A DNA stretch of 64,000 nucleotides from an uncultured delta proteobacterium (lineage in GTDB: Bacteria; Desulfobacterota; Desulfobacteria; Desulfobacterales; B30-G6): the NCBI GenBank assembly GCA_963823335.1, contig CAWGLD010000001.1, positions 1,088,001 through 1,152,000 on the forward strand, given 5' to 3'. Below, piece after piece: positions 1-10,958 of this stretch (position 1 is its first letter; every line of letters begins with the position of its first letter). The notes beneath the pieces were generated by a model. That model did no database searches. It had not been told where the DNA came from and saw nothing but the letters and a program-made list of their open reading frames with translations. Both the position numbers and the translations under genes were made by a program.

Positions 1-613
1 GGTAGATATCAAAGCGCTGGTGGTGGTGGAAGATAAGACACCCTGCCTGGAGCCGATTCAGGAGGCCGCTAAAAAACTGGAGAGAATGGGCTGTCGGGCC
101 ATTGTCGCAGAGTGCGGTTATTTTGCTCTTTTTCAGAAGGAAATAGCCAAACACGTGAATGTCCCGGTTTTCATGTCCAGTCTCTTACAGGTCCCATGGG
201 CACAGCAACTCGTGGGCCCAGATAAGCTCGTTGGTATCCTGGTGGCCGAAAAAATGTATCTTACGGATGCACATCTCGCCGCAGTTGATGTCGAGATCGG
301 CAGCAACTATGTGATCGCCGGTGCTGAGGATGAATATCACTGTCCTGAATTCGAGCACCTGTGGAGCCAGTCAAAACGGACGGACCCGCCGGGTGCCAAT
401 TATGAAAAAGCAGAATTCGATTTTGTTGCTGCAGGTGTCGACTTCTATCGTAAACATCCGAAAATGAGTGCCATGGTACTTGAATGTACAGGATTTCCCC
501 CCTTTGCCAGAGCACTTCAGCGTGAGATCAACATTCCTTTGTTCAGTTGGGGAACACTTCTCGATTTTGCCTACGGCATCAGCGTCCACCGCGATTATTA
601 CGGACATGTTTGA
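1..613 (+). CDS. Asp/Glu/hydantoin racemase superfamily protein, 5'-truncated by window edge
   Basis: Frame open from the window start; two Cys motifs AIVAECGYF and MVLECTGFPPF typical of the racemase superfamily. Confidence 0.75.
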   Translation, partial: VDIKALVVVEDKTPCLEPIQEAAKKLERMGCRAIVAECGYFALFQKEIAKHVNVPVFMSSLLQVPWAQQLVGPDKLVGILVAEKMYLTDAHLAAVDVEIGSNYVIAGAEDEYHCPEFEHLWSQSKRTDPPGANYEKAEFDFVAAGVDFYRKHPKMSAMVLECTGFPPFARALQREINIPLFSWGTLLDFAYGISVHRDYYGHV

Positions 614-807
614 ATCGTCCACTATAAACATGCTTGAGCAATACAGGGAGTCGCGGCGATACGAAGAGAAAATGTCACGCTATACCGTTTGCCAGAATGA
701 CGTTCCGAAACTGCGTCGGCAAATAACCTCAAACAACAGTTATAAAAGCCCCAAGAATCCTTTTGGCCGAAAACTGGCAGGAGAGCGACCTTTTCAAAAG
801 GAGTAAA

Positions 808-2028
808 ATGATGGATTTCGGAGCGCCTCACAAAGAGAACTTTTTAAGATATCTTGAAAATGAAACAACTGCCTTGAAGGAAAGCGGTCTTTACAAGACA
901 GAACACGAGATTACCACTCCCCAGGCAGTGGAAATTACCATTCAAGATGATAAAAACTGTATCAACTTCTGTGCCAACAACTATCTTGGCCTCGCCAATC
1001 ATCCGGAGTTGATCAAGGCGGCACAGGACGGTGCAGGGCGATACGGGTTTGGCATGGCTTCTGTGCGGTTTATCTGTGGCACGCAGATACTTCATAAAGA
1101 CCTGGAAGCGCGCTTGAGTCGATTTCTGGGCACAGGGGACACCATTCTGTACTCTTCCTGTTTTGATGCCAATGGAGGTTTGTTTGAAACCATTCTTGGC
1201 CTGGAAGATGCTGTTATTTCAGATGAATTGAATCATGCATCCATCATCGATGGTGTTCGGTTATGTAAAGCCATGCGTTTCCGATATAAGAACAATGATA
1301 TGGATGATCTTGAAGCAAAACTTCGGGAAGCAGATAACGCAGGTGCCCGCTTCAAACTGATTGCCACCGATGGTGTCTTTTCCATGGACGGTATCATCGC
1401 CAATTTAAAAGTTATTTGTGATCTTGCCGACCAATATGGCGCCCTGGTCATGGTGGACGATTCTCATGCGGTGGGTTTTATGGGTAAAAATGGCCGCGGC
1501 ACACCGGAGTTTTGCGGTGTTGAAGACCGGATCGACATCCTGACCGGCACATTGGGAAAGGCCCTGGGGGGGGCGTCCGGGGGGTATACCAGCGGGAGTA
1601 AAGAACTGGTTGCCTGGCTGCGTCAGCGATCTCGGCCTTACCTGTTTTCCAACACCCTGGCACCCATGATTGCCGCAGCGTCTCTAAAAGTGCTGGACTT
1701 GTTAGACGAGAGCGATGAGCTTCGTGTCAAACTGATAAAAAACAATCAGTACTTCAGAACAGAAATGGAAGACCTGGGTTTTAACCTGGTACCGGGAGAG
1801 CATCCCATCATTCCAATCATGCTTGGTGATGCCAAGCTCGCATCGGAAATGGCCGATCGAATGCTAAAAGAAGGCATCTACGTTACCAGTTTCAGCTATC
1901 CGGTTGTCCCCAAAGGCAGGGCCCGCATTCGGACACAGATGTCTGCCGCTCACGAGAGACACCATCTGGACAAGGCTATCGCAGCTTTTGCAAAAGTGGG
2001 CCGTGATCTGGGTGTCATTTCATCATAG
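808..2028 (+). CDS. kbl: Glycine C-acetyltransferase (2-amino-3-ketobutyrate CoA ligase)
   Basis: [31 protein letters not shown] (PLP Lys), [19 protein letters not shown] before ATG 808. Confidence 0.95.
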   Translation: MMDFGAPHKENFLRYLENETTALKESGLYKTEHEITTPQAVEITIQDDKNCINFCANNYLGLANHPELIKAAQDGAGRYGFGMASVRFICGTQILHKDLEARLSRFLGTGDTILYSSCFDANGGLFETILGLEDAVISDELNHASIIDGVRLCKAMRFRYKNNDMDDLEAKLREADNAGARFKLIATDGVFSMDGIIANLKVICDLADQYGALVMVDDSHAVGFMGKNGRGTPEFCGVEDRIDILTGTLGKALGGASGGYTSGSKELVAWLRQRSRPYLFSNTLAPMIAAASLKVLDLLDESDELRVKLIKNNQYFRTEMEDLGFNLVPGEHPIIPIMLGDAKLASEMADRMLKEGIYVTSFSYPVVPKGRARIRTQMSAAHERHHLDKAIAAFAKVGRDLGVISS

Positions 2029-2131
2029 ACGCGGAAACGTTACATCACATAAATCGCGAGGTTATACTATCGTGCAAAACCGGGTTTTTTAAGCCCGGGA
2101 ATCAATTCTTTTTTCCTCACCGGAGGATAAT

Positions 2132-3163
2132 ATGAAAGCGCTTGTAAAGGCAAAGCCGGAACCGGGTGTTTGGCTCTCAGATGTGGCCGAACCGGATGTC
2201 GGTATCAACGATGTGTTGATCCGGGTTCATAAAACCGCCATCTGTGGCACGGATGTCCATATCTATAACTGGAATGCCTGGGCCAGGAAAACAATTCCCA
2301 TCCCCATGCATTTTGGTCATGAATTTGTTGGTAAGGTGGTGGACACCGGTCAAAATGTTCACGATTTCAAACCAGGTGATATCGTGTCGGGTGAAGGACA
2401 CCTGGTTTGTGGAAAATGTCGCAACTGCCTGGCCGGCAGGAGACATCTGTGTATGAAAACCAGCGGTGTGGGTGTCAATCGACCGGGTGCCTTTGCTGAA
2501 TACCTGAGTATTCCGGTTACCAATGTCTGGTACTGTGACCCAAAGATCCCCATGGATATTCTGGCATGTTTTGACCCTCTGGGAAATGCGACCCATACCG
2601 CCCTCAGTTTTGATTTGCTGGGAGAGGATGTTCTTATCACCGGCGCAGGTCCCATTGGATGCATGGCCGCGGCCATCGCCAGGCACGCAGGAGCAAGGCA
2701 CGTGGTTGTCACCGATGTAAATACCTATCGTCTTGGGCTGGCAAAATCCATGGGAGCCACCATGACCCTGGATGTACGTAAAGAAAAAATTGAAGATGCC
2801 CAGGCGGCTCTGGGTATGAAGGAAGGGTTTGATGTGGGCATGGAAATGTCCGGCAACCCTGAAGCGCTTCAAAATATGCTTTCCAACATGTGTCACGGCG
2901 CCAAAATTGCACTTCTGGGAATACTTTCGCCGGAAACGACCATTAATTGGGATTTTGTCATTTTCAATGGTTTGACCATCCAGGGTATCTATGGTCGGGA
3001 AATGTATGAAACCTGGTATAAGATGACCGTCATGATTCAATCGGGTTTGGATATTCAGCCGATCATCACCCATCGATATGATTTCAGCGAGTACGAAGCC
3101 GCCTTTCAGGCAATGCGCTCCGGCCAATCAGGAAAAGTGATTTTAAACTGGTTTAGTGATTGA
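2132..3163 (+). CDS. tdh: L-threonine 3-dehydrogenase
   Basis: [34 protein letters not shown]; adjacent to kbl. Confidence 0.95.
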   Translation: MKALVKAKPEPGVWLSDVAEPDVGINDVLIRVHKTAICGTDVHIYNWNAWARKTIPIPMHFGHEFVGKVVDTGQNVHDFKPGDIVSGEGHLVCGKCRNCLAGRRHLCMKTSGVGVNRPGAFAEYLSIPVTNVWYCDPKIPMDILACFDPLGNATHTALSFDLLGEDVLITGAGPIGCMAAAIARHAGARHVVVTDVNTYRLGLAKSMGATMTLDVRKEKIEDAQAALGMKEGFDVGMEMSGNPEALQNMLSNMCHGAKIALLGILSPETTINWDFVIFNGLTIQGIYGREMYETWYKMTVMIQSGLDIQPIITHRYDFSEYEAAFQAMRSGQSGKVILNWFSD

Positions 3164-3241
3164 ATTTTAGGAACAGCTATTTTATAGAGGATTCTGATAA
3201 ATGCGAGAGGTCCCACAAACCCGAATAGGAGATATCTAAAC

Positions 3242-3877
3242 ATGAACGATCTGTATGAAAAAATGGCCCAGGAGTTGATTACAGGAAATGTAGTGGAGGT
3301 CAAGAAGCTGACCCAGGAAGCCTTGGACAAGGGGGCTAATCCAAAGGAAGTGCTCGACAAAGGATTGTTGGCAGGTATGGAAGTTGTGGGTAAACGTTTC
3401 AAGGCTGGGGATATGTTTATTCCGGAAGTGCTGCTCTGCGCCAGAACCATGCATGCCGCCATGGATATTCTCAAGCCCCTTCTGTCGGATGCCGATGCAG
3501 CCGGGGCAGGTACCGTTGTTATCGGAACAGTAGAAGGAGACTTGCATGATATTGGAAAAAATCTGGTGGCGATGATGCTCCAGGGGGCAGGCTTCAAGGT
3601 CATCGATCTGGGTGTCAATATCAAGCCTCAGGGATTTGTCGATGCCGTCAAAGAACACAAACCCAATATCCTCGGCATGTCAGCACTTTTGACGACCACC
3701 ATGCCCAAGATGGCGGAAACCATCACGGCGCTCAAGGAAGCCGGTATTCGCGACCAGGTAAAAATCATGGCGGGTGGTGCACCTGTAACCCAGGATTTTA
3801 TCGAAAAAATCGGCGCGGATGCCTATGGTGCAAACGCTGCGTCCGCATCTGAAAACGCCAAAGCACTTATTGCCTGA
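3242..3877 (+). CDS. Methyltransferase cognate corrinoid (B12-binding) protein
   Basis: GTVEGDLHDIGKNLV (DxHxxG), MSALLTTTM, GGAPVT; N-terminal cap FIPEVL. Confidence 0.92.
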   Translation: MNDLYEKMAQELITGNVVEVKKLTQEALDKGANPKEVLDKGLLAGMEVVGKRFKAGDMFIPEVLLCARTMHAAMDILKPLLSDADAAGAGTVVIGTVEGDLHDIGKNLVAMMLQGAGFKVIDLGVNIKPQGFVDAVKEHKPNILGMSALLTTTMPKMAETITALKEAGIRDQVKIMAGGAPVTQDFIEKIGADAYGANAASASENAKALIA

Positions 3878-3897
3878 TCATTCTCTTTAATTAAACA

Positions 3898-5481
3898 ATG
3901 ATTACTCTCCTCGATTATGGCGCAGGTAATGTCCGAAGCGTTATCAACGCCATCGAAAAGCTGGGCGAGACCGTCCGGGTTGTAAAAAAGAGCCAGGATA
4001 TTCTATCCGCTGAAAAACTCGTTTTCCCCGGTGTGGGCAATTTTGGAAACATGATCCATATATTGAACAAAAAACAGTATATGGATCCCTTGAAAATTTA
4101 CCTGCAAAACAATCGACCGTTTTTGGGTATCTGCCTGGGCCTGCATGCCTTGTTTGAAGAGAGCGAAGAAGCCCCCGGTCTCAAGGGGCTCGGTATTTTC
4201 AAAGGGTGTGCCCGCCGATTTCGTGTGAAGCAATCAGTCCCTCACATCGGATGGAACGGTATCAAGGTGGAACAATCGTCCATCCTGTTTGACGGGTTAA
4301 AAGGTGATGAAAAGTTCTATTTTGTTCATTCCTACTATGTCGACCCCACTGATGCATCGGTTGTCATGACAACCACGGACTATGGCATAGAATTTGTCAG
4401 CGGTATCCAGAAGGGCAATATTCTGGCCACACAATTCCATCCTGAAAAGAGCGGTTCTGCGGGGCTTACACTCCTGAAAAATTTCATTCAAAAAGACAGC
4501 CAAGCGACATCACCCGCGATTCGGCCTGTGAAAACAAAGCTTGCCAGACGGATTATTGCCTGCCTGGACGTTCGATCCAATGATCAGGGTGATCTCGTGG
4601 TAACCAAAGGGGATCAGTACGATGTACGGGAAGAAGGGGCGGTCAGAAATCTTGGCAAACCAGTAGAACTTGCCCAACGATATTACGATGAATGCGCCGA
4701 TGAAATCACGTTTTTGAACATTACGGGATTTCGGGCTTTTCCTCTCGAAGATATGCCCATGCTGGAGGTCTTGAAGCAGACTTCCAAGACGGTGTTTGTG
4801 CCGCTGACCATCGGCGGCGGCATTCGGGATTATACAGATAAAGACGGCCGGCAGTATTCCGCACTGGCGGTAGCCGAAGAATATTTCAGGTCAGGTGCCG
4901 ACAAGATCTCCATTGGAAGCGATGCCGTGTATATCGCCGAGACCTATCTGAAAACAGGCGTAAAGACTGACAAAAGCTCCATAGAGCAGATTTCAAAGAT
5001 ATATGGCAACCAGGCGGTAGTCATTTCCATTGACCCCAGGCGTGTATACGTTCACACCTCCGATGCCGTGAACCACCCTGTTATCGAAACCCGAATACCC
5101 GGTCCGGACGGTGAGACCTTGTGCTGGTTTCAATGTACCGTCCAAGGTGGAAGAGAAGGCCGGGATCTGGATGCCATCACGCTTGCCAGGGTGTGTGAAG
5201 TTCTGGGAGCCGGTGAAATATTGCTTAACTGCATCGACAGGGATGGTACCAACATTGGTTTTGATATCGAGTTGATCAATGCGGTCAAGCAGGCTGTAAG
5301 CATTCCGGTGATTGCCTCGAGTGGTGCCGGATGTGTTGAGCACTTCCAGGAAGTGTTCGAGGAGACAGATGTCGAATCAGCCTTGGCGGCAGGTATCTTT
5401 CATCGAAGAGAGGTCCCCATTTTTCAGGTAAAAAATTTTCTAATGAGCAAACAGGAAATCCGTCCTTGTCCCGGTTTTTAG
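3898..5481 (+). CDS. hisHF: Bifunctional imidazole glycerol phosphate synthase (HisH-HisF fusion)
   Basis: N-terminal DYGAGN, GICLG, QFHPEKS; C-terminal RIIACLDVR, VTKGDQYDVRE, GGGIR, ALAAGIFH. Confidence 0.92.
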   Translation: MITLLDYGAGNVRSVINAIEKLGETVRVVKKSQDILSAEKLVFPGVGNFGNMIHILNKKQYMDPLKIYLQNNRPFLGICLGLHALFEESEEAPGLKGLGIFKGCARRFRVKQSVPHIGWNGIKVEQSSILFDGLKGDEKFYFVHSYYVDPTDASVVMTTTDYGIEFVSGIQKGNILATQFHPEKSGSAGLTLLKNFIQKDSQATSPAIRPVKTKLARRIIACLDVRSNDQGDLVVTKGDQYDVREEGAVRNLGKPVELAQRYYDECADEITFLNITGFRAFPLEDMPMLEVLKQTSKTVFVPLTIGGGIRDYTDKDGRQYSALAVAEEYFRSGADKISIGSDAVYIAETYLKTGVKTDKSSIEQISKIYGNQAVVISIDPRRVYVHTSDAVNHPVIETRIPGPDGETLCWFQCTVQGGREGRDLDAITLARVCEVLGAGEILLNCIDRDGTNIGFDIELINAVKQAVSIPVIASSGAGCVEHFQEVFEETDVESALAAGIFHRREVPIFQVKNFLMSKQEIRPCPGF

Positions 5482-5529
5482 AGAACTGTACGATGATGAT
5501 TCTTTCTAATTAATTTCAGGGATGCAACA

Positions 5530-6564
5530 CTATCGGTTCGGTTTGATAACCGTTCGCACTTGACCTTTGAATTGTTCGAGCTCTTCGAGGACCTTGTTGA
5601 TAGCGTCGGCATCCAGGGATACGGAATCTGTGATGACATGAGAAAGATCAATTCTGCCCTGGCGCAAAAACTCCAGAAGAATCGGCAATTCCTCTAGAAG
5701 GTGATCTGAACAGCCGATAATTTCAACCTCCTTACCCAGCAATTCCCGGTAGGAATCAACCTCGAACGGGGATTCAGCGATGCCTGCCAGGGCGGCCCGC
5801 CCGAATACACCCAGACAACGAACCGCCTGCTGCATGGTTTCCGGCAATCCGATAACCTCCAGAGAAACATCAACACCCTTTCCCCGGGTTTTTTGATGAA
5901 GTGTTTCAACCGGGTCGCATGCCGAAGCATCCACCGGGAGGGCACCATATGTCTCAGCCGTTGCTAATTTTTGCGGACTGATATCGATGGCAAAAACAGC
6001 CGAGGCGCCCATGGCGTAGGCCAGTTGAATGGCGGACATACCCAGACCTCCGGCACCGAAAACGGCAACGGTTTCGCCGGCACTCAATCGGGCCTTGCGC
6101 AGCGCATGAAAGGAGGTGGATGTCGAACACATGAGAACCGCACCCTGTTCAAAGGAAACTGCATCCGGGAGGGGAACGGCATTCCGTGCCGGAACCGCAA
6201 TGTACTCTGCATATCCTCCATCCCGATGTTTTCCGATCATCGTGCCTGTCACACAGAACTGTTCCCGGCCTTGTCTACAGTAATCACAGTCGCCGCAGGT
6301 CAGCAGATAATGAAGGCTGACCCTTTCCCCGACGCGGTCATTCGATACGCTGGTGCCAACCTTTTCAATGAGGCCGGCAACTTCATGTCCCAAGGTCTGG
6401 GGCAAAATACCCACCGGAGACTTGCCTGCCCGGTAGTGCACGTCCGAGTGGCAGATACCGGCTGCCATCACGCGAACTAGGACATCGTGTTCTACCACAG
6501 CTGGAATGGGGACTTCCTGTTCCTGTAGTGGTTTTCCAATTTCCACCAACCTGACGGCTTTCAT
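5530..6564 (-). CDS. Zinc-dependent alcohol dehydrogenase family protein
   Basis: GICHSD, GHEVAG, CGDCDYC, GAGGLG. Confidence 0.9.
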   Translation of the reverse strand: MKAVRLVEIGKPLQEQEVPIPAVVEHDVLVRVMAAGICHSDVHYRAGKSPVGILPQTLGHEVAGLIEKVGTSVSNDRVGERVSLHYLLTCGDCDYCRQGREQFCVTGTMIGKHRDGGYAEYIAVPARNAVPLPDAVSFEQGAVLMCSTSTSFHALRKARLSAGETVAVFGAGGLGMSAIQLAYAMGASAVFAIDISPQKLATAETYGALPVDASACDPVETLHQKTRGKGVDVSLEVIGLPETMQQAVRCLGVFGRAALAGIAESPFEVDSYRELLGKEVEIIGCSDHLLEELPILLEFLRQGRIDLSHVITDSVSLDADAINKVLEELEQFKGQVRTVIKPNR

Positions 6565-6607
6565 GACGACTCCTTTTTTTCACCTAAACACTCAATTTAG
6601 ATATCGT

Positions 6608-7357
6608 TTATGATGGTATTGTCTCCATACTCGCGAATTTTGGCTCGTGAAGCGGGATTAACACGTCTGCCATTTTCTTGACCGTTGTCATGATGTCATA
6701 GGCTTCATAGGTGTTCACATGGGTTCCAGGAGGTATGACATCCATCTCCATGGCGCGGATTTCTCTTGGGGGGTTGAAATTCTCATCGATAACACAAAAG
6801 CCGGTGATGGCGGCGCTTCCCTTTTTCGTGTCAATGAACACCGTCATGCCGCCTTTCGTGTGGACGGGGGTGTGCATAACGCTTATCCCGGGAACGATTT
6901 CCGTATCCCGGGAAAGGGATCTGACCTGGCCGTTATCTTCAACGTCTTCAATATAATCTTCCAGGTAGCGGTAATCCAGGGGGTGCGGATTGTGAATACT
7001 TTCCAGTTCTTTTTCGTGAACAAAAATTTCGGCATTGCTGCACTTGTAGTCATTTTCACAATGATCATTGTGCAGGTGGGTATGGATTACAATATCGATG
7101 ACTTCTGGTGTGAGCCCCCATCGGGCAAGCCCCTCCTCGAAACTGTATATCCTGCCATTGATGGCGGTCTCCCTTTCTTTTGACTGGATCGGGCTCATCT
7201 CACCGGTGTCGACGAGTATTTTTTTTTCTCCTCCTTCGATATACCAGCAATAGATGGGGATGGTATAGGTTTCACCGTAGCCATGCTGGTAGGTCATCAT
7301 GGTTTTGTCGAAAATTTTTGTGCCCATTACGATTGGATGTATTTTAAATTTTGGCAT
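6608..7357 (-). CDS. MBL-fold metallohydrolase, N-acyl homoserine lactonase-like
   Basis: LVDTG, HTHLHNDH (HxHxDH), HTPVHT, C-terminal IPLHE. Confidence 0.8.
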   Translation of the reverse strand: MPKFKIHPIVMGTKIFDKTMMTYQHGYGETYTIPIYCWYIEGGEKKILVDTGEMSPIQSKERETAINGRIYSFEEGLARWGLTPEVIDIVIHTHLHNDHCENDYKCSNAEIFVHEKELESIHNPHPLDYRYLEDYIEDVEDNGQVRSLSRDTEIVPGISVMHTPVHTKGGMTVFIDTKKGSAAITGFCVIDENFNPPREIRAMEMDVIPPGTHVNTYEAYDIMTTVKKMADVLIPLHEPKFASMETIPS

Positions 7358-7456
7358 ACTGTAACATTCCTTAATATAAAGACTTTTTATGTGACAAAGA
7401 TGCAGCCATTTGTACGCTTCTGGCGTAGGGACCGGCTTTATTTGATCTGTTGACGG

Positions 7457-8857
7457 TTATTCCTTGATGCAGGCTAAAACATTTCCAATAAAGGCTTCGT
7501 GGCTCCAGGAATCATCGTGGGTGACACCCAGCCTCACGATGACGATATCACGTGACGGTATGATCGCAACGATCTGGAAATTGAAGCCACCCAGATAGGC
7601 CATGTCTTTTGGAAGCGATGGATACAATGTGTCTTCCGACTGGTCTTCTCGCCCGGCATTTAGCCAGAATTGTGCACCATACTTCCCTTTGGGTGCCTGG
7701 GGCGTCGGTGTCAGGGAATAATTCACCCAGCCTTCCGGCAGGATACGCACACCGTTCCAGACTCCGTCGTTCTTTATAAAAACGCCGAACCTGGCCCAAT
7801 CTCTGGCCGTGGCAAACATATAACTGGAGCCCACAAACGAACCGGATGCATCTGCTTCGATGATGGCTGAGTACATGTTGATGCGATCAAACAGTTCTCT
7901 TTGTGCAAAACTAATGACAGCGGGCAGAGAGCCACCAACTGTATCACGAACGATCCTGGCTAAAATGTTGGTTGTTCCACTGGAATAATACCATTCTTGA
8001 TCCGGTTTTGCCCTCAGGGGTTTTGCCGCGGCAAAGTCGGCCATGCTTTTTGATTTGTAAAGCATCTGGGTGGCATCTTTGAAGGGTGCATAGACCTCCT
8101 CGAATTCGAGTCCACTGGACATGCGAAGCATTTGATCGAGGGTTATGGCCCCTCTTTCATCACCAGGTGTCTGCCAGGCATCAACAGGCGCCGGCTGCAT
8201 GATGTCGAGTTTGCCTTTCCCTACCAGTATGCCTATCAGTGCATTGGTTATGCTTTTTGTCATGGACCATCCCAGCATGGGTGTTTGTAGGGAAAACTGC
8301 GTTTCATATTTTTCGGCAATGACCCTGTCCCGGTAAACGACGACAATCGCTTGCGTGTTTCGCATCGTGTCTGCTCCTGGTTCCTGAAATGCTTCTTCGA
8401 TTACCGCCATCAGCTTGTCCTGATCGACATTTTTAGGGATGCTGCCATAGTCAATGGTTTCACCCTGAGGCCAGTTTTCGTCGGACACTTTCTGCAGCTC
8501 CAGTTTTAGTCCCTTGCTCTGTTCCAACAGGTCATCGCGCGATGAGTCGACTGTCAAGGTGCACCCACAGCCGTCGCGATAAACGGCTGTGGCTTTGCTT
8601 AAAAACCCGAAAGCGGTAGCCGTCACTGTTTTATTGTCTCTGTCCACAGTGTTTGTGATGAATCTGAAAAGTGGATGTGTCGGGAGTACGTCATTCTTAA
8701 AGACCAGATCAGGATTCCTGTCTGCCAGAAAAACCTGAGAGCAGAGATATTTGGATGAATATCCAGAACCGACGATTAGGGCTGAATTTAGAAAATAAAT
8801 GCCTATGCCGATAGCAACGGCAAAAAATAATATCATTACTTTCAGGATTTTTTTCAT
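7457..8857 (-). CDS. Serine hydrolase (beta-lactamase class C-like), N-terminally anchored
   Basis: WSMTKS (SxxK), LRMSSGL, WYYSSG; hydrophobic N-terminus; GAGGTG RBS before ATG 8857. Confidence 0.85.
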   Translation of the reverse strand: MKKILKVMILFFAVAIGIGIYFLNSALIVGSGYSSKYLCSQVFLADRNPDLVFKNDVLPTHPLFRFITNTVDRDNKTVTATAFGFLSKATAVYRDGCGCTLTVDSSRDDLLEQSKGLKLELQKVSDENWPQGETIDYGSIPKNVDQDKLMAVIEEAFQEPGADTMRNTQAIVVVYRDRVIAEKYETQFSLQTPMLGWSMTKSITNALIGILVGKGKLDIMQPAPVDAWQTPGDERGAITLDQMLRMSSGLEFEEVYAPFKDATQMLYKSKSMADFAAAKPLRAKPDQEWYYSSGTTNILARIVRDTVGGSLPAVISFAQRELFDRINMYSAIIEADASGSFVGSSYMFATARDWARFGVFIKNDGVWNGVRILPEGWVNYSLTPTPQAPKGKYGAQFWLNAGREDQSEDTLYPSLPKDMAYLGGFNFQIVAIIPSRDIVIVRLGVTHDDSWSHEAFIGNVLACIKE

Positions 8858-9122
8858 TAGCACCTCTTTTTTAATTGAAGAATCTCGCGGCCTCGACAAA
8901 CCGGAATTTTCGACAAGTTTCGGTGATAGCGCTCACTGTTGCAGTTCGGGTGTTTTTATTTTTATCCGAATAGGCTATGATCAAATACGTTAGGTATTTA
9001 TTCGGAATCCATGATTGGAGCATATCGCAAAAAAGAGAATATTTGGAATGGCTACCCATGTCAAACAGTTTACTGCTCATCCTTTGATCAATTATACACA
9101 TGGGTAGTGAGAGAATTTCATT

Positions 9123-10958
9123 ATGGGCATCTACGGCAAGATACTGAATGTCGACCTGACAGAAAAGCGACATTTTTTTTCACCTCTTCAGGACCTGACA
9201 TTAAAAACTTCCATCGGCGGAAGAGGGTTCAACGTGGCCTATCTGTATGACCGTTTTTCAGAGGAGATCGATCCTCTTGGAAAAGACAACTGTTTGCTCT
9301 TCAGTTGTGGTCTTCTCACCGGGACCGCCGCCCCGGCATCTTCACGTCTGCATATCAATGCCGTCTCACCCCTGACCGGTCTTTTGGGGAGTTCGAACAT
9401 CGGAGGCCAGGCCGGCGCATGGCTGCGGTCCTGCGGCCTGCAAAGCATCATTGTCCGAGGCCGATCAGACAATCTTGTATACCTGTATATTGAAGATGCT
9501 CGTGCAGAAATCCGCGATGCCCGCTTTTTAAAAGGTCTTGATACCTTTGAGACTCAGGAAAGAATCAAGGATGTCCTGGGAAACCGTCACCTGACCTGCC
9601 TGGTCATTGGTCCTGCAGGGGAAAACTTGGCCAGGTTCGCCTGTATCATATCCGGCAGGGATCACGCAGCCGGAAGGACCGGTATGGGTGCTGTCATGGG
9701 GTCAAAAAACCTCAAGGCCATTGTATTGGCAAAAGGGGGTAAAAGGAAGTTCCCGGTAAAAACATCCCTGGCCAGGGAGGCTGTCAAGCTATATGCCAAA
9801 AAGATCAAAGCCTCTCCAGACTTTAAAACCTTTGCGCAATATGGTGGCGCCGGATATGTGAAATGGGCCGACGACATGGGTATCATGCCCGCACGTAACT
9901 ATCGGGAAAATCGCTTTTCTCAGGTGGACAGCATCGATGGAAAACATCTGGACGTATTCAAACTCAAATCCAGCGGGTGCTACAATTGTCCGGTTCAGTG
10001 CAAAGCGATTCTCAGCTTTGACCGGAAAAAAAAACCTGAGAAAACAGCAACCCGGCCAGAGTTCGAACCCATGCTGAATATCGGTGCCAAATGTGGTCTG
10101 AATGATCTTGAGGCCATCGTTTATCTCGACAATCTTTGTTCAAAATTCGGCATCGATTCCACGTCAGCCGCCGCCACCATGGCGTTTGCCATGGATCTCT
10201 ATGGTCGCGGTATTTTGACCCGGAAAGACACCCATGGTCTGGACCTGACCTGGGGCAATGCCCATGTGATGGAAACCCTCATAACCCAAATGGCGTTTGC
10301 AGAAGGTTTTGGCGCGCTTCTCTCGAAAGGCGTCAGACAGGCCGCCAGGGTTATCGGTAAAGGTGCTGATCAATACGCCGCCCATGTCAAGGGGCTGGAG
10401 CTGTCTGCATATCACCCGGGAAGTATCATGGGTACGGCCCTGGGATACGCTGTTTCCAGTCGTGGTGGTGATTATAACAATGTGTATGCCTCCCTTGAAT
10501 ACCGCTGGTCCAAGGAGCAGGCCACCAGACATTTCGGTAGTCCGGAAGCCGTTGACATGCAGGCCACCCGCGGTAAGGGAAAGCTGATTCGCCGGGCCGT
10601 TCTGGTGAATATCGTTCTTGATTCCCTGGGGATATGCAAGGTGCCGGCCCTAAGTATGATCGGGACCTTCGACCTAAAAAGTGAAGCGACCCTTGCCAGT
10701 TCCCTGTTGAATCTTCCCGTTACAGCCGACGAACTCTTTGCAGTTGGAGATCGTATCGCAAGTCTGGAAAGGGGATTCAACCTGAGACAGGCGCCCGGTA
10801 TGGCCGGGGATACCCTGCCGTCCATGTTTATGGATCAACCCGGTTCTAATCTGAACCAGGAGACACTCGACGAAATGATAGGTGATTATTACACGGCCAT
10901 GGGCTGGGATAAAAATGGAAACCCGGACCCAGACTTACTGAAAGGCACAGGTAAATGA
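9123..10958 (+). CDS. Aldehyde:ferredoxin oxidoreductase (W-pterin family)
   Basis: IGPAGENL, AAGRTGMGAVMGSKNLKAI, CYNCPVQC, HVKGLEL, DSLGIC, YYTAMGWD. Confidence 0.92.
   Translation: MGIYGKILNVDLTEKRHFFSPLQDLTLKTSIGGRGFNVAYLYDRFSEEIDPLGKDNCLLFSCGLLTGTAAPASSRLHINAVSPLTGLLGSSNIGGQAGAWLRSCGLQSIIVRGRSDNLVYLYIEDARAEIRDARFLKGLDTFETQERIKDVLGNRHLTCLVIGPAGENLARFACIISGRDHAAGRTGMGAVMGSKNLKAIVLAKGGKRKFPVKTSLAREAVKLYAKKIKASPDFKTFAQYGGAGYVKWADDMGIMPARNYRENRFSQVDSIDGKHLDVFKLKSSGCYNCPVQCKAILSFDRKKKPEKTATRPEFEPMLNIGAKCGLNDLEAIVYLDNLCSKFGIDSTSAAATMAFAMDLYGRGILTRKDTHGLDLTWGNAHVMETLITQMAFAEGFGALLSKGVRQAARVIGKGADQYAAHVKGLELSAYHPGSIMGTALGYAVSSRGGDYNNVYASLEYRWSKEQATRHFGSPEAVDMQATRGKGKLIRRAVLVNIVLDSLGICKVPALSMIGTFDLKSEATLASSLLNLPVTADELFAVGDRIASLERGFNLRQAPGMAGDTLPSMFMDQPGSNLNQETLDEMIGDYYTAMGWDKNGNPDPDLLKGTGK

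Noticed and set aside
614-807. Glycine riboswitch upstream of kbl
   Set aside because: Only a GGAGAG fragment is present; the CCGAAG and CTCTCAGG core elements are not seen
2177-3127. Long antisense ORFs (this 316-aa one, also 24227-25069, 31644-32432, 46647-47456, 61557-62339)
   Set aside because: They are shadows of well-supported genes on the opposite strand and carry no recognisable motifs
6608-8857. Quorum-quenching or antibiotic resistance module (lactonase-like plus beta-lactamase-like genes)
   Set aside because: Both families are broad hydrolases and the motifs alone do not specify these activities
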